Below, piece by piece: positions 22,332 to 33,649 of a DNA stretch of 64,000 nucleotides. Made by a program: the position numbers and the translations under genes. The notes beneath the pieces are model-generated. The model did not search any database. It worked only from the letters and a program-made list of their open reading frames with translations, and had not been told where the DNA came from. Source of the stretch: Tubulanus polymorphus (taxonomy: Eukaryota; Animalia; Nemertea); NCBI RefSeq assembly GCF_964204645.1, contig NC_134033.1, positions 8,440,655 to 8,504,654 of the forward strand. The letters are read 5' to 3'. Every line of letters begins with the position of its first letter. The stretch's first letter is position 1.

Positions 22332-25300
22332 ATGAAGCCCGAGTTGTACTCTGGCAAAATTCCCTGGCAAGACTACAGTCGAGTCTTCGAAACAGTGTCA
22401 CGAATCAATGGCTCTAGATGAAAGCCGATTACTTGTTTGCATTGCTACGTGGTCCTGCTCGAGACAGTTGGCGTGTGCAGTCCCGGCACGTGATCGTTCC
22501 AATTTTCACGAACTGAATAGAATACTTGACAGTAGATTCGGTTACGGAAATCAGGCAGATTTTTTCATGGCTGAAATTAGAAATAGAAAACGAAGACGAA
22601 ATGAGACGTTACGTGAGTTTGCTAAGCTCCGACGACATTATCGGCTAGAAGGTATCCAGACCTTGATTCCCGCCAGCGTGATCGAATAATTAGAACACAT
22701 TTTGTCGACGCATTAGGTGACTACTATTTGCGAATGCGGCTGTATAGAAGTCGATGCGAGACTATAGTCTATCCCAGTGGTTATGATCGCGGCATTTCCA
22801 CTCTCAAAGAGCCAGTATCAACAACAATTTAATTGATACTGACAGCTGTAAGTGGTCAAACTCACCATGAGCATCCCTGACTCCCTGGACCCCAGCTGCT
22901 TGTTACTATAGTAACAGGCAAGAGTGAATAAAGAGCAAAACTTTTCGAAGCTTACACTAAGAAAATGAAGAAATTAGCAAGGAAAAATTAGTTTTGTAGT
23001 CTTGTTGCATTCAAGAGTGAATATTTTCCGAGGATACCAAAGTCAATGTTTACATTAGAAAGTGTCAGAACTAATTTTCAAGTTGAAACATTATATTTGG
23101 ACGGTGTTTAAGCAAAATAGCAACACAGTACGTACGAATCATGAGATAATAATCAAATCCACAAATAGTCATTTGTTAACATATTTGCGCATGTCTAGCT
23201 TTGTAAAGCGCACAAAATAAGAAATTAATCCACGAAATTCCATGCTTAAATACATTTTAAGTAATTCTCTTTGAGAATATACAAGAAAAAACCAAATCTA
23301 GAGGAATAAAGAGAAGTGAATGACCAGGATGGGAAAACTTTAGTATTATTCACTCTTGAATATAGTAGTTGCCTGACCTCAGTTACTTGTAGGGTTTAGC
23401 ACATAGAAACCACAGGGTTCCAGATCTGCGATGATATGAACTGTTTGATGCACCGCGATCATAACCACTGGGGTAGACTATAGTTAGTTCGTTTTGCAGT
23501 TGAACTGGGAGGTTTTACCAAGCTCGAAGAGTACCGTGGGCGAGGAAGTCTGGGTCATGTTAACACGGTTAAGCTTGATGATCGAAGAGAAATGCGACAG
23601 TTAAGACAACAAGTATCCGGAACTCAGCAACATGATGAAGACCGTAATGATGAACGAAAATGGTCCCCGAGATCAGTTTATGCGCAGAGAACAGAAGAAA
23701 AATGTCAAATGCTATAACTGTGGTGAAATGGGACACATTGCTCGATTTTGTAGAGTCCCAAATTCAAAGCACCAGGGAAACGAGAGATGGCTGGTCCGAG
23801 GAGAGCCGTATCAGCCCAGGCAGCAGAGCTCTCGTCGAAGTCGCTTGAACCTGAAACAAATAAACCAATAGTTAGATTAAGTATTTCAGATAAACGATTC
23901 AATAAAGCAGATTAAACATAATCATCAATGGAAATATCAATAATAGACAGGTCGATAGTTTAATTGACACCGGAGCTTGCATTTCTGCCTTAAGTCACGT
24001 ATGTTTTTGCTCGACAGAAAGCTCGACGACTAGCACAAGCTAGACAGGTCTTAGCAGACGAATTAGTGAAAGACATGCTTCCGCGAGAGGTGATTGAACC
24101 TTCTACTTCGCCATGGGCAAGCCCTATCGTTTTTGTTAGTAAGAAAGATGGCAGTACTAGATCTTGCGTCGACTATCGAAGATTAAATGAACTTACTGTT
24201 AAAGATGCTTATCCTTTGTCCAGATTTGATGATTCTATCCGTTCGTTATCGGGTGCGAAGTATTTTTGTACCATGGACTTAGCTTCTGGCTATTGGCAGG
24301 TGGAACTATCTGAAAAATCGATAAAATCAGCATTTGTAGTGAGAAATGGACTCTATCAATTCAACAAAATGCCGTTTGGTCTATGTAATGCTGGAGCTAC
24401 TTTTGAACGATTGATGGAGCAACTTTTGGGTGGTTTGCAAAATGAAATCTGCTTAATGTACTTAGATGACATCATAGTTTTTGAAAAGAATTTTGATTCA
24501 ACTTTACAGTGCGACTTTTTCAAACCTTCAGCATTATTCTTGGGACAAATCGTGTCGGAGTCTGGAGTTTCCTGCGGCCCGAGCAAAGTGGAGTCCGTAG
24601 CCAATTGGCCAGTTCCAAAGTACCAGACTGACGTTAGATCATTTCTTGAATTAGCTTCCTACTACAGACAATTCCGCGAAAAAATGCTATTATCGCAAAA
24701 CCGTTACATAGACTTACTGAGAAAGGCCATCTATTCGGTTGGACTGATGAATGCCAAACGTCATTATCTACATTGAAGAGTATGCTTTCTTCAGCTCCGG
24801 TCGTAGCTTATTTCACTCCAGGGTTGCCGATTATTCTAGATACAGACGCTTCCGGAGTGGGCTTATGAGGAGTTTTATCTCAAACTCATGATGGTATAGA
24901 GAGAGTTGTCGCCTATGGTAGCCATACCCTATCTAAACAAGAAAGAAATTATTGCGTGGCAAGAAGATAATTATAAGCAGTAGTCACCATTATAAAGCAT
25001 TTTCGACATTACCTTTGAGGATCGAAAATTCTACTTAGAACAGACCACGGATCTTTGAGATGGCTCATGTCATTCAAAGATCCGGAGGGTCAGGCCGCAC
25101 GCTGGCTCACTGTTTTGGCGGAATATCATTTTGGTAAACAACGCCGTCCACGTAGAAATCACTTGAACGCGGATGCTCTATCCAGAAGGGAATGTGCAGA
25201 CGGTCTTTCTGCTTCGAAGAGCGGATACTCGGCCGTATCTCCGTGTAACGTAGCATCTAGTAGTCCAGCCAACAGTGTTGGGATTTCTACTGCTCTGTCT

Positions 25301-26735
25301 AGCACAGGCCCAGTCACTATTTCTTGTCTCAATTTTGACGAATCCTTTCCTTGTAAGAGCCTAAGAACAAGAAAAGGACACCGATTTCATGGTTAGATAG
25401 CGGCGCCGATGAAGGGTGGAAATCCATCGTGGCAGGATGTATCACATAGTGATGATAAAAGTAAATTTTACTGGTCTAGGTGGCAGAATTTAGAAGTTTC
25501 CTACAGCGTTTAATATATCATTAAGGAAAGAGACGGTTTACCCGAATCAAAGTTAATCTTCTTACCTGAGATTTTCAGACGCGATGTGTTTTTCAGTCTT
25601 CACTCCGCCCGCACTGCAGCTCATTTTGGTTTCCCTAAAACTCTAACTGCTGTTCATTCTAGATATTTTTGGTATAGTATTCGGTTGGACGTTAAGTCAT
25701 GGCGTAGTATTTGCCGGACGTGTGGTGCCAGGAAGACGTCTCCAAGGAAAATGAGAGCAGCTCCATTAAACGACTACAGAGTAGAACTACCCTTGGAACG
25801 CATCGCTCTATATATTCTCGGCCCACTTCCCATCACTGACAGGGGTTATGCTGTGATTTTGGTCATTAGTGACTATTTCACTCGCTGGGTGGAAGCTTAT
25901 CCCTTGCCAAATCAAGAAGCTGAGACTGTGGCTCGTACTCTGGTTACGGAGTATATTTGTCGTTTCGGCATACCTCGGATGTTACACAGTGATCAAGGAA
26001 CAAATTTTTAGTCCAGATTAATGTCGGAATTATACCAGGTTCTCGATATGAAGAAGACCAGGAGCACAGCCTACCATCCTTGTTCTGGTGGTTTGGTCGA
26101 AAGATATAATTGAACCTTATTAGATGGTCTGGCTATGACAGTGAATAAGAACCAATCTAATTGGGATAGACAGATTCATTTTATCACCATGGCTTATCGT
26201 TCGTCCGTCCAAGACAGTACCGGGTTTAGTCCAAACTATCTGATGTTTGGCAGAGAAGTAAACCTGCCTGTTGATATAGTCTCTGGTGGTCCTATTACGA
26301 ATGTTTCTGTGCCTATCATAATTTATAGCCTGGAGCTACAGGACAGGTTAAGGTCGGCATTTCATCACAATCGCAAACACCTGGCTCTCAGAGCGAAGCG
26401 TAACAAGAAAAACTAGGATATGAAGGCCTATGGTCAGAGATATAAAGTTGGAGATCTGGTCTGGGTACACAAACCAGCAGTCAAGTCAGGCCGATCGTCA
26501 ACATTGTCGTGCCACTGGCATGGACCGTGTTGTTAAGAGTTTGTTTAACGATTTCGTCTATGAAATATCTGAACTCGAAGCTGACAGATCGATCAAGGTC
26601 TACTATGACCGGCTTAAACCATATATTTCTGAGCCGCCCGTCGATGATGATGTCGAAGCTCAGACTCATCATGTTGTGACGTCTTCAGGCCGACAGACGA
26701 AACGTCCTGACCGCTTCGGCGAATGGCTTTTATAA
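22332..26735 (+). pseudogene. Gypsy B gag-pol (CCHC knuckle, protease, RT, RNase H, integrase)
   Basis: CYNCGEMGHIARFC; LIDTGA; SPWASPIV, CVDYRRLN, YLDD; LDTDAS; ISDYFTRW, HSDQGTNF; many stops. Confidence 0.9.
22761..23484. mobile_element. Non-autonomous DNA transposon (MITE) inserted in Gypsy B gag
   Basis: ~32-bp inverted ends ACTATAGTCTAtCCCAGTGGTTATGATCGCGG. Confidence 0.75.
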
Positions 26736-26935
26736 GCCCTATCGATCCAGTCTGCTAGTATCATAATACGAAGTGACTACTGGAACGAACCCGTACGCTT
26801 ACTTCCGCAAATTAATGGTACGTACACCGTACCACAGCGCCACCTAGGCTATACACAGCGCCACCTACACAGGAAGTTGTTTGACACCAGACTGAAGAAG
26901 GGTTGACGGTATATCCAGGACTGAAAAGTCACCTC

Positions 26936-27498
26936 AGTAATAGGGGTAATGGGCTTTCAGGCCAAAGGTCGAAGGGTCGAGCTCATTAAAAAACAAAACA
27001 TTAAAAGTAATTTAAAACTATAATATATTTTCATAACCGTGTGTATTTTATATTATAACTAAATATTTATTCTAAGATATCAATAATTTAAATTTAAAAA
27101 GCATATTGTATTAAATCAATTGGTCGCTCCACTTCGCTACAGCTCCGCTCCGCGACCAATTGATTTATTTACAATACACAAATTCATATAATCAAATATA
27201 TTTTAATAATAATAATAATTATTATTCTATTATTCAACTGAAATACACACGGTTATGAAAATATATTATAGTTTTAAATTACTTTTAATATTTTTTTTTA
27301 ATGAACTCGACCATTCAACCTTTAACCTGAAAGCCCATTACCCCTATTACTCTTAAAATAATCATATACATGAATACATTTAAATTGACAGATTATTCAA
27401 TATAAAAGTATATATTTACAACATTATTTCAATATTCATATTTGTGTGAGTAAGATTTTTAAACATTAAAAGTGTTAGTAAAGTGTGATTGAAATAAT
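26936..27498 (+). repeat. Left TIR of P2, including ~416-bp imperfect palindrome 26936-27351
   Basis: Reverse complement of ~44537-45094. Confidence 0.93.
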
Positions 27499-28249
27499 GC
27501 ATAGCTGTTTATACTAGAACATGATTCTATTTGAGCCTATATACATTTCATGTAATGAACGATTGAATAAATCTATACATTCACAGCTGTTACAGCTGTT
27601 ACTATGACGCCGAGACATATGAATCATTATTGCAAACGTGTAGAGAACACTCTAGAACCGGAACCAGATGACGTGGCAAGAAATGAACAGACGCTGTAAC
27701 ATTGTGCTCAGGATATTCTATCTATTGAAACGAAATTAGGAGTTTATAGTTTACAATTCTAAATCTTAATGTAAGTACTGTTTTTTGTAGTTATTAGGGC
27801 TATTAAATATGAAACCTCTAGATATATTTAAGTGTATTTAGTAATCTTTTAGATGGCTAGAGTTGCCGCTAATATCTTTTAGATTAATAAAACGCCATAC
27901 GCATCAAGAAGTGATAGAGAAACTCAAGATACTCTTTCTGACTGAGGAATCAACAGCAATGGGGATATCGAACCAATAGAAATTAGCACAAGAAACACAA
28001 GAATCGCCAAAAGATCGACGAAGAAACTATATAAGAATTTCAAAAACATTAAGACTCCAATGATTAAGTTTAACATTTGTTGATGTAGTTAAATATTTAC
28101 CAGCAATTGAAAAAATGTTTGTAATTATAAATTGTATTTATAGAAATCAAATGATGTATTGGAAGAAACGGCCGAACAACTTGTATAATGTATTGTGTAA
28201 ATCCGATTGGTGAATTTTTATGTTCGGTCGTTTCTATTCAGAATGAATA

Positions 28250-28580
28250 TATAATTAGGATTAGCGCATGCGCATTGATCAAAAGTGCGCACGAATGCGC
28301 GGTTTGCTCAGTGGTATGATTTAGATATTTCATGTCGGTTGTTTCTATTTACATAATTATATATTCATTATGTAAATATAATTATGATTAACGCATGCGC
28401 ATTAAGCAAAAGCGCGCATGAATGCGCGGTTTGCCTAATGCGAACACTTTTAGATATTTCATGTCGGTTGTTTCTATTTTACACAATTTACATAATTATA
28501 TATAATTATGATTAGCGCATGCGCATTAAGCAAAACCGCGCACGAATGCGCGGTTTTGCCCAGTGGTATTATTTAGATAT
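28250..28580. repeat. Three ~125-130-bp tandem repeats with GCGCATGCGC cores
   Basis: Repeated TTAGCGCATGCGCATT..AAAA..GCGCACGAATGCGCGGTTT. Confidence 0.8.
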
Positions 28581-28706
28581 CAAGGAATCGAAACAACTTA
28601 TCAAAAGCAGCGAGGAATGAAAAAGGATGACGTTGGTCGAAGAAACGGAAGAGGATTCTAAAATATTAACCAATTTAGTAAAAATACAATAATATAAGTA
28701 TAATAA

Positions 28707-29396
28707 ATGGAACAAGAACAACCACAAATTATCAATATTACAAATAACACTGCCGGTGTTATAAATATATACTACAAGAAGTGTTCTAAATGTGAATTAG
28801 ATAAATTAGCTTTAACAGAATTTAGTAAGCGTAAGATTAGCAAAGATGGTTTTCAATATTGCTGTAAAACTTGTTTTAAACTATATACCAAACAATACCG
28901 AGAAGATAACAACAAGAAGATAGAACATTATAATTATTATATGGCAGAATATATGAGAGAAAGATATCAAACAGATCTTAATTTTAGATTGAACCAATGC
29001 TTAAGATCTAGATTAACACAATTATTCAACAAAGAAACACATTCAGAAACACTATCTAATCTATTGGGTTGTTCAGATGAATTTCTCAAATCATGGATTA
29101 CATTTCAATTCGATGATAAAATGAATATAGATAATTACGGGGATTATTACCATATTGATCACGTGTTACCAATATCTAGATTTAACATGAATGATGAATA
29201 CAATAAAAAACTTATTTGGGGTTGGAAAAATTTAAGGCCTTTAGAAAAGAAAGAAAATCAAATAAAATCTAATAAACTAGATTTACAGTTATATTTAGAA
29301 CAGTTAACAAAGGCAAAGAAATTTATTGATCAATGGAACAATGATCCAAATAATGAACAATACGTTGAGGAATTTGATATCAAGGATCCGAAATGA
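28707..29396 (+). CDS. Zn-ribbon plus HNH-like endonuclease of the type seen in large DNA viruses
   Basis: CSKC..FSKRK.SKDG...CKTC; LLGCS..FLKSWI..QF; NYGDYYHIDHVLP...NLRPL...N..KSNK. Confidence 0.7.
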   Translation: MEQEQPQIINITNNTAGVINIYYKKCSKCELDKLALTEFSKRKISKDGFQYCCKTCFKLYTKQYREDNNKKIEHYNYYMAEYMRERYQTDLNFRLNQCLRSRLTQLFNKETHSETLSNLLGCSDEFLKSWITFQFDDKMNIDNYGDYYHIDHVLPISRFNMNDEYNKKLIWGWKNLRPLEKKENQIKSNKLDLQLYLEQLTKAKKFIDQWNNDPNNEQYVEEFDIKDPK

Positions 29397-29687
29397 CTTA
29401 TCTGGACAGTTATAATTACTGCTCCTAATAGATAAACGAAAGTAGTGAGATATCAAATAGAATTAGAAACAATAACTTCAACTAGCCATTATTTCTATTT
29501 TAATTTTTAATATTTTCTTTTACAATTCTTTTCAAAAGAGAATACTTTATATCGCAAATAAAAAATACTAAAAAAACAATAACTAATACTAAAATTCTTT
29601 ACCTTTAACTAACTAGTATTAATCTAAAGAGATACTGGTATCATTTTATAATACTTATATTTTTTTTCGCTTTTTTCTCTAATATAA

Positions 29688-30296
29688 ATGTCAAAGAAAT
29701 CGAGTAAGAATAGTATTGATATTGAAAAGACATTAGATGATTTGGGTATAAGTGATAATAAAGACACAGCTGTAACTAATTGTGCTCAAGTTAATTGTAA
29801 TATAGATTATGAATACTATTTATATTGTAAGCATCATCTAGAACTATTGATTGCCGGTGGAAAAACTAAAGAGTTTTTAAATAGAATCATTACTTTTCAA
29901 GAACTAGACTCTATGAAACCAGATAAAGTAATAAAATATTTTAAGATTTATGAAGAAGCTAGATTAGCTAGAATAAATGATTCTATTTCAGATGGTATTG
30001 TCAAATGTAATTCTAAGTTATGTAACCAGTTAATACCAATTGATGATGAAAATAAATTATATAGTGATTTGAAAAATGACTACTTAGTTATGACTGAATT
30101 ACAAAAATGGGTTGGTTATGCTTCATTCCAATTAGGATCGGTTATGACATTAATTTCTACTGGCGTCATAACATTTTCGAACATCAAGCCTATAGAATAT
30201 AAATCAGGTAAGAACGAAACAGATGACGCTGTACTACAACCAAACGTCGAAACAGAAAATGAATCAGAACAAAAATTAACTAAAATAAATGAGTGA
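29688..30296 (+). CDS. Conserved Polinton hypothetical protein X
   Basis: Ortholog of 16523-17098. Confidence 0.75.
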   Translation: MSKKSSKNSIDIEKTLDDLGISDNKDTAVTNCAQVNCNIDYEYYLYCKHHLELLIAGGKTKEFLNRIITFQELDSMKPDKVIKYFKIYEEARLARINDSISDGIVKCNSKLCNQLIPIDDENKLYSDLKNDYLVMTELQKWVGYASFQLGSVMTLISTGVITFSNIKPIEYKSGKNETDDAVLQPNVETENESEQKLTKINE

Positions 30297-30657
30297 TAGC
30301 GTTAAGAAGAAGCCTAGATCTGAAAAACAAATTATATGGGCAAGAGAATTAGGGAAAAGATCTTCAGAATTAAAAAAAGCTAAGAAAAAGAAATTAACTG
30401 ATATAAATGAAACACAGACTTTATCTGATATTAATTCAAATAATAATCCATCTGATTCTTCTAATGCTGGAAGTAATTATAAATTATATATTAAAATTGG
30501 ATTAGTAACAGTTATTATATCATCCGGTGTAATATATAAATCAAAATTCAAATGTGATGATAAAGATGATTCCAATGATAATAAACCTATCATACCAGAA
30601 AATAAATCAAATGATAAAGTCATTGAAAATAAACCAAGATTATTATTAATGGATTAA
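30289..30657 (+). CDS. Basic small protein Y with TM segment
   Basis: Ortholog of 17046-17386. Confidence 0.7.
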   Translation: MSDSVKKKPRSEKQIIWARELGKRSSELKKAKKKKLTDINETQTLSDINSNNNPSDSSNAGSNYKLYIKIGLVTVIISSGVIYKSKFKCDDKDDSNDNKPIIPENKSNDKVIENKPRLLLMD

Positions 30658-30663
30658 AATAAG

Positions 30664-31779
30664 ATGAAAAAAGAACAATATTTAAGAGATTTATATTATA
30701 ACCCAGAAAGTGAAGTATCATATTCTAACGTTTCAGAATTATGGAATAAAATAATTAAATCTGATAATGAAAATGGTGCCGTACGGCACCCACATGGTGA
30801 TATAAAATATAGTGAATTGAAATCATGGTTACAAAATCAACCAACATATCAAATCCACAAGAAAATGGATAAAACTTATTTAACAAGAAAAGTTATGGTT
30901 TCATATATCGATCAACAATGGCAAGCAGATTTAATTGACATGATGAACTTAGAGGAATACAACAAAGGATATTTCTGGATATTAAATGTTATAGACATAT
31001 TCAGTAGATACGCATAGTCAATTCCAATCAAAAATAAAACTGGAATAGAAGTTACAAATGCTTTTAAGAATATATTTAAAGAAGCTATTCCAGATAAGAT
31101 ACAATTTGATGAAGGTAAGGAATTCTATAACAAACATTTCAAAAAACTATTATCTGATAACGATGTAAAATATTTTTCAACACATTCAGATAAAAAAGCA
31201 TCTATTATAGAAAGATTTAATAAAACATTGAAAACTAGAATGTGGAAATATTTTACTGCTAATGAAACATATAAATATATCGATGTGTTAGATGATTTGG
31301 TGAAAGGTTATAATAATTCTAAACATAGTTCTATAAATATGAAACCTATACAAGCTAGAAAAGAAGATAATTCGGAAATAGTTTGGAATAATTTATATGG
31401 AGCATTTGTTACACATGATTTCGGAGAACCTAAATTTAAAATAGGACAACACCTAAGAATATCTAAATATAGAAAAACATTTTATAAAGGTTATACCCCT
31501 AATTTTACAGAAGAAATATTTAAAATTAAAAAGATAATATTAACTAAACCTTTTGTTTATAAATAAGAAGATCTAAAAGATGAAGAAATATTAAGTTATT
31601 TCTATGAACAAGAAGTATCACTTGTACCAAATCCAGATGAAATAGAATACAAAATAGAAAAAGTATTGAAAACAAAAACTCTTAAAGGAAAAAAGTATTC
31701 TTTGGTGAAATATAAAGGATACGATGATAAATTTAATGAATGGATTTTATCTAGTAAAATTAAAAGAATAAATGAATAA
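30664..31779 (+). pseudogene. int: rve integrase with chromodomain of P2 (two in-frame stops)
   Basis: LYYNP, WQADLID, QFDEGKEF, IERFNKTL; stops at 31015 and 31564. Confidence 0.9.
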
Positions 31780-32383
31780 AGATTTATTTATATTTGAACC
31801 GCATAATATGTTAATAACTGGAGTAACCAATTGTGGTAAAACACATTTCATATTAGACTTGTTAGAAACTGTTTATAAAAACTATTTTGATAATATAGTA
31901 TTATTTTGTCCAACGTATGAATTTAATCAAACTTATGATAGAAATATTACTAGAAATAATAAATTTATTATATTAGATCCTAAAACAGTAAAAGAAAATT
32001 TAGATAATTGTATAAAAATAGCAATTGATACTTATAAAGGATCAAATACATTATTCATTATAGATGATTGCACAAATTTACATGATTCAAAAGTGAGAGA
32101 AAGTGAGTTACGTTACTTAGCTTTCTCTGGGAGACATTTTGGGATAACAACATGGGTTTTAAATCAAAAATATAATTCAATTGTTAAAGACTTTAGGGAG
32201 AATATAAGATTTCTAGTTTTATTTTATAACAAAGATAAAAAATCTATGCAACAATCATTGGAAGAAAATCAAATTATACCTACTGAATTACATGATGAAT
32301 ATATGAATAAATTAAAGAATAATAAAGGTTCAAAATTATTACTGAGATTACAATTTCCCTATGAATATAAATTTATAAAATAA
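31772..32383 (+). CDS. A32-like packaging ATPase of P2
   Basis: GVTNCGKT, FIIDD, SGRH, LNQ; intact. Confidence 0.9.
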   Translation: MNKDLFIFEPHNMLITGVTNCGKTHFILDLLETVYKNYFDNIVLFCPTYEFNQTYDRNITRNNKFIILDPKTVKENLDNCIKIAIDTYKGSNTLFIIDDCTNLHDSKVRESELRYLAFSGRHFGITTWVLNQKYNSIVKDFRENIRFLVLFYNKDKKSMQQSLEENQIIPTELHDEYMNKLKNNKGSKLLLRLQFPYEYKFIK

Positions 32384-32389
32384 CTATTT

Positions 32390-32700
32390 GTATACCTATG
32401 TATCTAATACGTATTTAATACGTATCAAATACGTATTAAATACATTAATACTTAAAACCCCCTTTTTTAAAATAAATATTATTCATATAATTTTCAACCA
32501 ATTTATTTTTATTTTTTTCAACAAATATATGAATAAGTTTGAAAATAATAAAGGTTATTTATTATTACTGAGGTTTCAATATAAATTTAAAAAAGAAATA
32601 TGATTTAAGGTATTTTCAAATGATACGTATTAGATACGTATTAGATATGTATTAAATACGTATTAGATACCTTAATACTTAAAACCCCCTTTTTTATTTA
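32390..32700. repeat. Two blocks of 11-bp ATACGTAT-core repeats, each followed by TTAATACTTAAAACCCCCTTTTTT
   Basis: Visible at ~32400-32468 and ~32622-32695. Confidence 0.8.
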
Positions 32701-32729
32701 CTATTATTTTATACAATTTTCAACCTTTA

Positions 32730-33617
32730 TTACTTTTTGAGTGTTAGATAATTACTTTCTGAATCACTTTCATCATCACTCTCCAATTCATCATCAGACC
32801 CTAACAATTTATTCAAATGCTCTACCGTATCTTCATAAATAATTGGTTTATTGATATACTTATAAGTCATCTCAACTATATCTTTATTTTGTGATTTAAG
32901 TTTGATAGAATCTTTATTATCAATATGCTTATCTGTTACTATATCACCATGTGGGTGCCATACGGCGCCATTTTCATTATCATCTTTCTTAGTGTTTGAC
33001 CTTAATATTGTATTTACAATGCTTGATTCTAGTATTTTTTTAGCAGCAGATAAATCTAATTCATCATTACTAGGTTCCTTAGATAAAAATTCACCTAATA
33101 AATCTTTATATAAATCTTTACCATCTACTTTTTTATTTGAAACAAACTTTGTAACATAATTAAATGGGTGTTCTATAAATTCTCTTATACCAACACGATC
33201 TATTACATTAATAATATGTGAATTTGTATTCATATGATTATTCCAATTTGATGGAGCGTTTGAAAATTCACCTTTACAATATTCACAATAATTTCTATTT
33301 TCACTAACATTTAATATTATTGCATTATTAGATGTAGAAGGTATTACATTATTAGATGTAGAAGGTATTGCATTATTAGATGTAGAAGGTATTACATTAT
33401 TAGATGTAGAAGGTATTACATTATTATCAATTACATTACTTAAATTATCAACAACACCACTTTTATTATTATCGATTTCTATTAGTTTAGTTTTATAAAT
33501 TTTGAAAATAGGATCAAATATCAAAGCTATATTACAAGGTATTACATAATACAAACCATCATTATTTTCATGTGTATCGATGTATGGAATATGTTTATAT
33601 ACTTTACCTCCTTCCAT
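32730..33617 (-). CDS. P2 accessory protein Z (NNVIPSTS repeats, C2H2-like finger)
   Basis: Intact 295 aa; 24-bp repeat x4; YCEYC..HMNTNSH. Confidence 0.65.
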   Translation of the reverse strand: MEGGKVYKHIPYIDTHENNDGLYYVIPCNIALIFDPIFKIYKTKLIEIDNNKSGVVDNLSNVIDNNVIPSTSNNVIPSTSNNAIPSTSNNVIPSTSNNAIILNVSENRNYCEYCKGEFSNAPSNWNNHMNTNSHIINVIDRVGIREFIEHPFNYVTKFVSNKKVDGKDLYKDLLGEFLSKEPSNDELDLSAAKKILESSIVNTILRSNTKKDDNENGAVWHPHGDIVTDKHIDNKDSIKLKSQNKDIVEMTYKYINKPIIYEDTVEHLNKLLGSDDELESDDESDSESNYLTLKK

Positions 33618-33649
33618 TTACATAATAAATTTTTATTAAAGTTAAAATT

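Noticed and set aside
27120-27165. GCTCC/GAGC repeats at the hairpin apex as an AAV-like Rep-binding site
   Set aside because: No HUH Rep gene is present and the repeats are too short to support the claim.
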